From the IMG/VR virus record IMGVR_UViG_3300037510_000107: a stretch of 38,073 nt of DNA, one strand, 5' to 3'. The notes beneath the pieces are model-generated. The model had not been told where the DNA came from. It did no database searches and saw only the letters and a list, made by a program, of their open reading frames with translations. This stretch comes from a virus. Positions 1 through 5,983 of the stretch are shown piece by piece; position 1 is the stretch's first letter, and each line of letters opens with the position of its first letter. Position numbers and translations under genes: made by a program.

Positions 1-127
1 TGGAATACCTGGATTAGAAGCGTGATAGATCATCATAGCAGCATGTGGCGTGCTTGTCGCCTTCTCAAGTTCGTAACCTAATTTTCCAGCAAGGTGAACT
101 ACCCAACCTGCACGGCAATGTGTTGTT
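1..127. repeat. Terminal direct repeat, copy 1 (circular-contig overlap)
   Basis: nt 1..127 (tggaatacctggattagaag...gcaatgtgttgtt) are identical to 37947..38073. A minus-strand ORF is continuous across the implied junction. Confidence 0.95.
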
Positions 128-249
128 CCACAGGATGAGTGCCATTGCCCCATATCAAGAGCTTCGGGCGGAACTGTTGCGGCCTCAAATACCTTTTGAT
201 GGATGTTTTCGATGACAGGGACATTCGCCAGAATATTGTTATTGTTCAT
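1..249 (-). CDS. 5' part of a junction-spanning CDS: small Cys/His-containing conserved-looking phage protein (112 aa if started at ATG 249)
   Basis: ATG at 249..247. My translation is MNNNNILANVPVIENIHQKVFEAATVPPEALDMGQWHSSCGTTHCRAGWVVHLAGKLGYELEKATSTPHAAMMIYHASNPGIP, running to nt 1 with no stop. It continues in frame at 37946 and ends at TAG 37859..37857. Confidence 0.8.
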   Translation of the reverse strand, partial: MNNNNILANVPVIENIHQKVFEAATVPPEALDMGQWHSSCGTTHCRAGWVVHLAGKLGYELEKATSTPHAAMMIYHASNPGIP

Positions 250-708
250 TTCGCCGGTTTGAACTGGTGATGCAGTGCGTAAGTCAAAGCAGCCAGAGCA
301 GCGAGAGCAGCCAGAGCAGTCAAAGCAGCGAGAGCAGCGAAAGCAGTCAGAGCAGCGAAAGCAGTCAGAGCAGCGAGAGCAGCCAGAGCAGCCAGAGCAG
401 TCAAAGCAGCGAGAGCAGCGAAAGCAGTCAGAGCAGTCAGAGCAGCGAAAGCAGTCAGAGCAGTCAGAGCAGCGAAAGCAGTCAGAGCAGCGAGAGCAGC
501 CAGAGCAGTCAGAGCAGTCAGAGCAGCGAAAGCAGTCAGAGCAGCGAGAGCAGCCAGAGCAGCCAGAGCAGTCAAAGCAGCCATCATTCGTTTCGTTGTC
601 CTTCTCGAAATCAGGATGAGTTTTAGCGAATTTTTCAGAGACGCCGTTAAGGCTTTTATCTTCTCGGTTTAGAAACGCGGAGTAAGATTCGAATATTAGA
701 GTTTTCAC
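1..708 (-). CDS. Alternative extended model: 265-aa protein starting at GTG 708 with 33 C-(S/F)-(G/D/R) repeats fused in frame to the junction-spanning domain
   Basis: GTG at 708 lies 6 nt after the RHH stop (717..715). The frame reads VKTLIFESYSAFLNREDKSLNGVSEKFAKTHPDFEKDNETNDG, then CFDCSGCSGCSRCSDCFRC..., then LRTASPVQTGE, and runs without a stop into ATG 249. The ORF track omits it because it has no stop inside the window. Mutually exclusive with 246..587. Confidence 0.4.
   Translation of the reverse strand, partial: MKTLIFESYSAFLNREDKSLNGVSEKFAKTHPDFEKDNETNDGCFDCSGCSGCSRCSDCFRCSDCSDCSGCSRCSDCFRCSDCSDCFRCSDCSDCFRCSRCFDCSGCSGCSRCSDCFRCSDCFRCSRCFDCSGCSRCSGCFDLRTASPVQTGEMNNNNILANVPVIENIHQKVFEAATVPPEALDMGQWHSSCGTTHCRAGWVVHLAGKLGYELEKATSTPHAAMMIYHASNPGIP
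246..587 (-). CDS. Alternative model: 113-aa (A/T)-A-(L/F) triplet-repeat protein
   Basis: ORF-track ORF starting ATG-ATG at 587. Its TGA (248..246) overlaps ATG 249 as ATGA. It would leave 127 nt (588..714) untranslated upstream, which is atypical for this genome. The ORF may exist only because of the repeat periodicity. Confidence 0.3.
   Translation of the reverse strand: MMAALTALAALAALAALTAFAALTALTALAALAALTAFAALTALTAFAALTALTAFAALAALTALAALAALAALTAFAALTAFAALAALTALAALAALAALTYALHHQFKPAK
283..579. repeat. Tandem array of 33 x 9 bp (consensus GYSARAGCA)
   Basis: Head-to-tail 9-mers of only five types: GTCAAAGCA, GCCAGAGCA, GCGAGAGCA, GCGAAAGCA, GTCAGAGCA. There are no spacers. A degenerate 34th unit follows at 580. 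Confidence 0.97.
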
Positions 709-714
709 GATTAT

Positions 715-867
715 TTAGGGGGTTACTTTTTTCTTCTTAGACACCTTTGATAATCTCTTGTCGGCGTAATCATTTATCGACACGCCAGCCGCTTCCGCCT
801 CTCTCCTTACATTCTCTATCGTGCTTTCTCGGATGCGGTAGGTCACGTATTTCTTTTTCTCTTTCAT
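715..867 (-). CDS. Ribbon-helix-helix (Arc/CopG-like) DNA-binding protein, 50 aa (not in ORF track)
   Basis: My translation is MKEKKKYVTYRIRESTIENVRREAEAAGVSINDYADKRLSKVSKKKKVTP. The basic N-terminus, beta-strand (VTYRI) and two helices fit the RHH pattern. Confidence 0.6.
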   Translation of the reverse strand: MKEKKKYVTYRIRESTIENVRREAEAAGVSINDYADKRLSKVSKKKKVTP

Positions 868-881
868 CGATTCGAAGTACT

Positions 882-899
882 AAAATTGAAATCAATTTT
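882..899. promoter_or_regulatory. Inverted repeat AAAATTG-N4-CAATTTT upstream of the RHH gene (candidate operator)
   Basis: aaaattgaaatcaatttt has perfect 7-bp arms and lies 15-32 nt upstream of ATG 867. Confidence 0.3.
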
Positions 900-925
900 G
901 CAATAGTTGGCTGTATTTATTTTTG

Positions 926-1074
926 TGCGAACGGGAGGACTCGAACCTCCACCCTTGTTTTTACGCTATGGGCACCGTTTTTCAACGATGTAGATCTTTC
1001 GATCAAAAAGGACCATAGGGGCACTGTTTCTGCGTAAGTCCCCATTATGCGGCTACCATTTACGCCACGTTCGC
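926..1074 (-). tRNA. Atypical 149-nt tRNA-like gene: class-II-like 5' end and canonical T arm with about 60 nt of extra internal sequence. Anticodon undetermined; may be interrupted or degenerate.
   Basis: The minus-strand RNA has GCGAACG (1-7) pairing perfectly with CGTTCGC (142-148) plus discriminator A. The D arm is TG-GCG-TAAATGGTAGC-CGC, resembling Leu/Ser/Tyr-type tRNAs. The T arm is GGAGG-TTCGAGT-CCTCC directly abutting the acceptor. No CCA is encoded. Confidence 0.5.
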
Positions 1075-1080
1075 GGTGAA

Positions 1081-1437
1081 TTATTTTTGCTGTTTCTGTT
1101 CTGCTCCCAATTTTATGACGAAATACTTAACGCCCGGCTCTGCGCCCCATTCATATCTACCAGCCCAGATAACGATATCCTTAACTTTGAAGCTGATTGT
1201 CGGTGCATTCTTTGAATACCCGTTTTTGAATGTTACTTGATCGAAGTGTTTTGCGGTTTCCATACCATATTTTATTCCATCCAATTCCCACGATTCATCT
1301 TCCCGCGGATTTAGTTCTATCTGGTCAACCAATCTAGCGGCCCAATAATATTTTAACTCTCGATACTCTTCGGTCTTCTCTCCAGAAGCGATCATGTCAA
1401 ACCATTTTCTTTTCAGTGTGAGGTGTAGTGTTTTCAT
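1081..1437 (-). CDS. ASCH (PUA-like) domain protein
   Basis: The N-terminus LTLKRKWFDMIASGEKTEEYRE matches the ASCH signature as I recall it. 118 aa. Confidence 0.55.
   Translation of the reverse strand: MKTLHLTLKRKWFDMIASGEKTEEYRELKYYWAARLVDQIELNPREDESWELDGIKYGMETAKHFDQVTFKNGYSKNAPTISFKVKDIVIWAGRYEWGAEPGVKYFVIKLGAEQKQQK
1091..1103 (-). repeat. 13-nt motif CAGAACAGAAACA (minus strand), copy 1
   Basis: tgtttctgttctg on the plus strand. It encodes the C-terminal EQKQ of the ASCH protein. Confidence 0.9.
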
Positions 1438-1904
1438 GGTTGTTTCTGTTCTGCTAATTGTAATTCCTCGCCAGTGAGCGCGAAGTATAGGTTTTGAAGC
1501 TGGTGGACGTATTTACAAGGAATTGTGCAAGTTTGAAGTTCAGGGTAATCATGATCTGCGCGCTCGCTGATTAAATCCATCCAACCTTCACCATCCCAAT
1601 ATTTTCTTCCTATGGCCACAACTATGAATGTTCTGCAAGCCCATTTAATTAATGGAGATATAGCTATTCTGAATGAATCAAAATCCCTGTTCTTTTCAAA
1701 CCCGAAATTCTTTAGCCACTCTTCGGTGAGCGGGATTTCGGAATACATTTCAGGAATGCCACCTCTTGACCATTTCTCATCGTTCGGATCTCGCTCATAG
1801 TCTTCCATCAATGCAATGGTATGGGCGTCTACGATTTTTTCAGTCACGAAATCTTCGTGAAGAACATGAATGATGTTTCCAACTCTGAATTCACTTGATT
1901 TCAT
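1434..1904 (-). CDS. Hypothetical protein (start taken at MKSSEFRVGN)
   Basis: The ORF-track ORF runs to 2000, but ATG 1904 limits overlap with the upstream gene to 14 nt. Ends ...LAEQKQP. Confidence 0.6.
   Translation of the reverse strand: MKSSEFRVGNIIHVLHEDFVTEKIVDAHTIALMEDYERDPNDEKWSRGGIPEMYSEIPLTEEWLKNFGFEKNRDFDSFRIAISPLIKWACRTFIVVAIGRKYWDGEGWMDLISERADHDYPELQTCTIPCKYVHQLQNLYFALTGEELQLAEQKQP
1441..1453 (-). repeat. 13-nt motif CAGAACAGAAACA, copy 2
   Basis: Identical 13-mer, 3 nt upstream of ATG 1437, read in the same frame (EQKQ). Confidence 0.9.
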
Positions 1905-2088
1905 TCTGCAATAATTTAATTGTGCGCTTATAGGCTTTGATAAACTTATCTGCTTTCTTTTTGTTCTCAACATCTGAATTAGCAGGATCACCTGATGCAA
2001 TCACATTTGCAGAATGCTCACTCATCAAGTGACATATCTCGTATGCGGCGTAAAGTGCCTCTACATCGAACGGAATCTTTGCTTTCAT
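1891..2088 (-). CDS. Hypothetical protein, 65 aa
   Basis: Complete ORF in operon context. Confidence 0.55.
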   Translation of the reverse strand: MKAKIPFDVEALYAAYEICHLMSEHSANVIASGDPANSDVENKKKADKFIKAYKRTIKLLQNEIK

Positions 2089-2094
2089 ATTCTG

Positions 2095-2832
2095 TTATTG
2101 TTTCTGTTCTGATGCGTCCCGGTTCTCTACTTGCTCTACTTTTTCAGGGAGCTTGCCAGCCACTTGTTTGTAATATTTCGCGGCATCCGCTGCGGATGGA
2201 GCGTATATCTCTAAGCCGTCGCAAACGAATAATCTCGGAGTTTTACCAAATCGGCGATGCATCTCTTGTTTATTGAACTCCTGTATCTTATCGTACTTCG
2301 CTGTTTCATTGGCCATCTTAGCATAAATGTCCTTCATGTTATCGATAGGCTCCTTATCGTTGGCGCTCAGTTTCTTTTGCTCTATGGCATTCTCTAACTC
2401 GGTGTATTTTTCCTCCATGTACTTGGTCATCCAAACTCCGATAGTGATTCCGTCCATGCGTTGTATCTCTCCGTATCGCCCCATAGCCCCACGTTGCAAA
2501 CACAAACGAAAGTCGGCTATCGATTCGGTTGGGTATAGTTCAATCAGGTTATCCGAGATCATATCGATCATAGCGTCGTTTAGGTTGCCTCCCGTGACCA
2601 TGATTGACGCCAGGATTCCCAACTGGAATTCTACCATCGCTTTTACAGGAGCCATGCCTACAGCCTTTATTTGCTCCCTGACCTTAGGCTGCGCGTATAC
2701 CTCCCTGAATGTTTTAGGGAGTAGTTTTGTAGCTTCACTGAACTTGCCCTGAGCCATTAGCTGCGTTGAAGCGTCTTGTGATACCCTCTGCAATGCTGTT
2801 GAGATCTGCGCCTTTTGAATTTTGTCTTCCAT
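2095..2832 (-). CDS. Hypothetical replication-module protein (start uncertain; alternative ATG 2757)
   Basis: 245-aa ORF downstream of the DUF4373-like gene. Ends ...ASEQKQ. Confidence 0.6.
   Translation of the reverse strand: MEDKIQKAQISTALQRVSQDASTQLMAQGKFSEATKLLPKTFREVYAQPKVREQIKAVGMAPVKAMVEFQLGILASIMVTGGNLNDAMIDMISDNLIELYPTESIADFRLCLQRGAMGRYGEIQRMDGITIGVWMTKYMEEKYTELENAIEQKKLSANDKEPIDNMKDIYAKMANETAKYDKIQEFNKQEMHRRFGKTPRLFVCDGLEIYAPSAADAAKYYKQVAGKLPEKVEQVENRDASEQKQ
2099..2111 (-). repeat. 13-nt motif CAGAACAGAAACA, copy 3
   Basis: Identical 13-mer, 10 nt upstream of ATG 2088, read in the same frame (EQKQ). Confidence 0.9.
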
Positions 2833-3514
2833 TGACTTTTACTATTTCGTTATTCCAAGATTCGTTGTTGAGGTATGTTAGTGGGTTCTTTCGGTATTGA
2901 ACATCCGGCGTTGTTTCGACGTACCGCGGGACGTGATCCATAATTTTTTCGCGCGCCCCCTGTGAAATTTTTATCCATTTTTTTTCACACTTGGGTCTAT
3001 CAACTTTTTTACCGTATGCTTCCCAGAAATCATCGAAAGTAGGCCAGACCAATAACTCAGCGTCAGCGGCAGTATTTACTTTACTTTCCTTTTCTTTCTT
3101 TTCCTTTTCTTTACTTTCTTTTATAGCATTGCTATCGCTATGCGTTGGCGATGCGTTCGCATCCATTTTTCTGCGTTTCCAGCCTTCTATGGCACTTTCT
3201 CTAGCCTTGCCACTTTTCTGATTCCTCAGATCGATCCGTTTCAAGCACGATTCGCTCCAAAATTTTTGTCCATCGTTCCGAAACAACTCGTAATTGATCA
3301 CCACTCGCTTCACTTTTTCTACTTTCACTCTGAGGTCAAACGCTATGCGTTCGCAATCCAAAAGCATAGCGAACCCACCCTCTTCGTAAAGCAATTCCAC
3401 GATACACCAGTATATGCCGACGCCCTCCATACCTTCTTTCATGCGGAGTGCTACCATCTTGGTATCGTTCCTGGAATTAAAGTCGTGCGAAAAATAAGGA
3501 GATTCGACGGCCAT
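2735..3514 (-). CDS. DUF4373 (Lin1244/Lin1753-like) replication-associated protein
   Basis: The N-terminus YFSHDFNSRNDTKMVALRMKEGMEGVGIYWCIVELLYEE matches my memory of DUF4373. A Lys/Glu-rich linker follows, then a Trp-rich C-terminal domain (WPTFDDFWEAYGKK...YLNNESWNNE). Confidence 0.6.
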   Translation of the reverse strand: MAVESPYFSHDFNSRNDTKMVALRMKEGMEGVGIYWCIVELLYEEGGFAMLLDCERIAFDLRVKVEKVKRVVINYELFRNDGQKFWSESCLKRIDLRNQKSGKARESAIEGWKRRKMDANASPTHSDSNAIKESKEKEKKEKESKVNTAADAELLVWPTFDDFWEAYGKKVDRPKCEKKWIKISQGAREKIMDHVPRYVETTPDVQYRKNPLTYLNNESWNNEIVKVNGRQNSKGADLNSIAEGITRRFNAANGSGQVQ

Positions 3515-3835
3515 CTAGTGAATCTCTCCGGTTTCAACAAACTTTTGAAGGATTGGCAGTATTTCTGCAACCTGTTCACGCGATAAGTGCATACGTGAAC
3601 TCAATAGTACTTCATCAGGGATCGGATATTTAATCCAACCTACTTTTTCTGTTGTTTCAATCCCAAGCTTTGCGGCATCTGAGGCCATTATTTGAGGCTC
3701 AACATCATTTATACCGAGCCAGATACAATCATCTGTAGCAAGGCTTGATATCTGAATAGAGCAAATCTTGTCGTAGTAGTCTACGAATTCCACCAATGGA
3801 AAATTACGACTCGTCTTAGAATGATATAGGCTCAT
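3515..3835 (-). CDS. Hypothetical protein, 106 aa
   Basis: Complete ORF. Its stop abuts the next start codon. Confidence 0.6.
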   Translation of the reverse strand: MSLYHSKTSRNFPLVEFVDYYDKICSIQISSLATDDCIWLGINDVEPQIMASDAAKLGIETTEKVGWIKYPIPDEVLLSSRMHLSREQVAEILPILQKFVETGEIH

Positions 3836-3903
3836 AAAAAAAGAAGGGCCTCACCTAGGTTCGGCCGGCACGCTTCCCCTATGTAAGACCCTATGTTTAA
3901 ATA

Positions 3904-3933
3904 CAAATATACTCAGTGCCGTGAGCATACAAA
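3904..3933 (-). promoter_or_regulatory. Bacteroidota-type promoter candidate (-33 TTTG, -7 TATATTTG)
   Basis: The minus strand reads TTTG(3933..3930)-N18-TATATTTG(3911..3904). The -7 box fits TAnnTTTG exactly. It lies about 70 nt upstream of ATG 3835. Confidence 0.45.
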
Positions 3934-3950
3934 ATTCAATCCTAAAAGTT

Positions 3951-3981
3951 GGCCGGATCTAATTGGCATCAGATACCGGCC
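3951..3981 (-). terminator. Strong hairpin, possible intrinsic terminator of the upstream early transcript
   Basis: The minus strand reads GGCCGGTATCT-GATGCCAATT-AGATCCGGCC, a 10-bp stem with one bulge, followed by AACTTTTAGG. The U tract is short and offset. Confidence 0.3.
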
Positions 3982-4118
3982 TGAAACTGTGACGCCCTGA
4001 AAGCGTCGTACCCCTATCTTCTGTGTTCAGGTCCTCTACCTCTGAACGAGTGCTAATGTAGAAAACTTTCCCATGACGCAAATCATTTAACGTAGAATTT
4101 TTTTCGCGATGGTCGTCA

Positions 4119-4376
4119 TCAAATCAGTGCCATGATAGCTTTGTAGCGTTCCGGAACGGTCACCCATAGATCTATGCCAGCCGCTTTCTGCCTTTCCTTG
4201 TAAGCTCTTGCATGTGCCGCGCGGCGTAGTTTGTATTTGAAATGTGCGGGGTCGTCGTTGTATATCCTTTCCCGGTATCTTTTTTGGATCAGCTTGCGAC
4301 AGTCTCCACATTGAGGGCTATAGGGTTTAAATTCCTTGTCGTCCTTCTCTTGTTTGCAATGCTGGCACTTTCTCAT
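4119..4376 (-). CDS. Small zinc-ribbon protein
   Basis: CQHC...CGDC pairs within 85 aa. Confidence 0.5.
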   Translation of the reverse strand: MRKCQHCKQEKDDKEFKPYSPQCGDCRKLIQKRYRERIYNDDPAHFKYKLRRAAHARAYKERQKAAGIDLWVTVPERYKAIMALI

Positions 4377-4675
4377 GCTATCTTCATTACAGGCTCCTTC
4401 CCTTTGTTAGGCTCCAATATATCTAAAATCGATTCTGCTGCGTTCTGGCGCAAGATCTCCTTTATCGCTGGTAGATGGCAGTACTTCGTTAGCCTCACAA
4501 TGATGGCCATTTTACCAAGGTCTGAAACGGTATACTTGCGACGGTTTGCTGCCCCCCTGGTTTTAACAATCCCGAAATAGTTGTCGTAGTACCGGATCCT
4601 TTCGACGGACAGGTCTAAGGCTTTGGCGACGTCGCTGATTCTGAAATAGGTCTTGTGTATCTCGTCGGGGATCAT
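4373..4675 (-). CDS. MerR-family helix-turn-helix DNA-binding protein
   Basis: YFRISDVAKALDLSVERIRYYDNYFGI...RRKYTVSDL matches the MerR N-terminal HTH pattern. Confidence 0.7.
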   Translation of the reverse strand: MIPDEIHKTYFRISDVAKALDLSVERIRYYDNYFGIVKTRGAANRRKYTVSDLGKMAIIVRLTKYCHLPAIKEILRQNAAESILDILEPNKGKEPVMKIA

Positions 4676-5376
4676 TGGTTCTTTGTGATGGTGTAATTAT
4701 TCTGCCTAAGGTACCTTATGATACGATCAGCCATAGAAACGACGAGGCCCGATGGATAAGTACCGATTGCATCCATAATGTGGACCTTGGCGTCTTCCCA
4801 GACTTCGTCCTGAGTCGGGTCCTTTTGGTTCATTATCTTATCGAACTTTTCCTTACATTCTCGAATGTATCTTATTCTTCTTTCGTGCTGTTCCTCGCTC
4901 GTAGGAAGATCCCAATTTTTTGTATCTTCTACTAATCTATCAAATAGATTCATGGTTACATCTACATTTATATTAGAATCATTTATGCCCGGCCACCATA
5001 CTAAGAAATTCTGAGTCTCTATAGGCTCTTGCTTGGGTTTCAATATGGCTACACGGTGTGCTGGTATTCGCTTGTCAGGAAGAATGATTTCTTCTGGAAT
5101 GTCTTTATACTCCACCTCGCAATTGACGGGATAAATCTCACCTTCTTCGATCTCAACATGATTCAAGAACCATCGCCCCATTTCCCAACCGAAGGGCTTG
5201 TCATCATAATCAGGCTTTATCTTGATCGCCTCTTTCTTTAGCTGCTCGATCTTGGCGATATAAGCGTCATGTTCCGACTGCGTATAGTCAGCGTAATTAG
5301 GTTTAGAAGGCAAGTCCCCTACAATTAAGCGCAGTTCAGAGTTGAGTAAAAATATGTGGTGTGTTTCTGCTTTCAT
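4672..5376 (-). CDS. Hypothetical protein, 234 aa
   Basis: Complete ORF with ATGA-type overlaps on both sides. Confidence 0.6.
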   Translation of the reverse strand: MKAETHHIFLLNSELRLIVGDLPSKPNYADYTQSEHDAYIAKIEQLKKEAIKIKPDYDDKPFGWEMGRWFLNHVEIEEGEIYPVNCEVEYKDIPEEIILPDKRIPAHRVAILKPKQEPIETQNFLVWWPGINDSNINVDVTMNLFDRLVEDTKNWDLPTSEEQHERRIRYIRECKEKFDKIMNQKDPTQDEVWEDAKVHIMDAIGTYPSGLVVSMADRIIRYLRQNNYTITKNQ

Positions 5377-5849
5377 GGTTTAGGAATTTTCATAAACGTC
5401 ATCCAAATTGTATTCTTGCTGGTAGTGTGTCCAAATAAAGGCTCTACTTCTAGAATTGATAATATTTTTGAAACCTTCACTTTGTTGGTATTCCACTTGA
5501 AAATTAAAACACCACTTGGCTCCAACACTCTCATGCACTCATCAAATCCCTTCTTCAAATCGATTTGCCAGTGTTCCGTAAGCTTTCCATACGTAACCTC
5601 CATCCAGTTGCCGGCAGTCAAATCTCTTCTGTGCGGAGGATCAAATACAACCAATTTGAAAGAATTATCCTGAAAAGGCAGCTTGGTGAAATCAACAAGA
5701 ATATCCGGGCTAACTTCAACCCTTCTTCCTAGTTTAGAAATAAATATCCCACTCCGTTGATCTGTAAACATTACGTTTGGGTTATCCTTATTAAACCACA
5801 TCATTTTGCTACCGCAAGTAACGTCGAGAATTGATTTATCTGCTTTCAT
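5373..5849 (-). CDS. SAM-dependent methyltransferase, probably a DNA N6-A/N4-C type (start ATG 5849; alternatives 5870, 5936)
   Basis: Motif I-like ILDVTCGSKMMWF, then VVFDPPH (a DPPY-type motif IV) about 60 aa later. Confidence 0.65.
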   Translation of the reverse strand: MKADKSILDVTCGSKMMWFNKDNPNVMFTDQRSGIFISKLGRRVEVSPDILVDFTKLPFQDNSFKLVVFDPPHRRDLTAGNWMEVTYGKLTEHWQIDLKKGFDECMRVLEPSGVLIFKWNTNKVKVSKILSILEVEPLFGHTTSKNTIWMTFMKIPKP

Positions 5850-5983
5850 GGATGCTGGGTGTTGTACCATTTGATTTGAATAACAAGTTCTTTTGATACA
5901 TCGGCAATGGTCGCTCTCTTGTATAAAGCATCCCAAATTTTGCGCTCTACAGCACCACGCCTAAGATTACTCTCTGATCCTGT

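Noticed and set aside
1-127. 127-nt terminal repeat as a biological direct terminal repeat or LTR
   Set aside because: The length equals a standard assembler k-mer and lies inside a CDS that reads through the junction. An overlap from circular assembly is the simpler explanation. The true physical ends cannot be inferred from this sequence.
283-579. Tandem array as a CRISPR array
   Set aside because: The units are 9 bp and directly abutting, with no spacers. No cas genes or leader are present.
267-626. Plus-strand ORFs 267..626 (SSQSSESS repeats) and 275..619 (EQREQPEQSKQ repeats) over the 9-bp array
   Set aside because: They exist only because the 9-bp periodicity keeps nearly every frame open. 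They are antisense to the whole surrounding operon and have no coupling to neighbouring genes.
747-1037. Plus-strand ORF 747..1037 (96 aa)
   Set aside because: It is antisense to the RHH gene and runs through the tRNA-like gene. It has a TTG start and low-complexity Ser/Leu/Cys-rich composition.
926-1074. tRNA-like segment as an attP core for integration into a host tRNA gene
   Set aside because: Both acceptor strands, the D arm and the T arm are present rather than only a 3' tRNA fragment. No integrase gene exists in the genome.
3841-3880. GGCC...GGCC element plus T7 run as a terminator just upstream of ATG 3835
   Set aside because: The stem is only 4 bp with a poorly pairing interior, and the T run ends at the start codon. 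It is more likely an unstructured A/U-rich translation initiation region.
4087-4311. ORF 4087..4311 (74 aa, minus strand)
   Set aside because: It is an alternative frame almost entirely overlapped by the better-supported zinc-ribbon ORF 4119..4376, which is overlap-coupled to the MerR gene.
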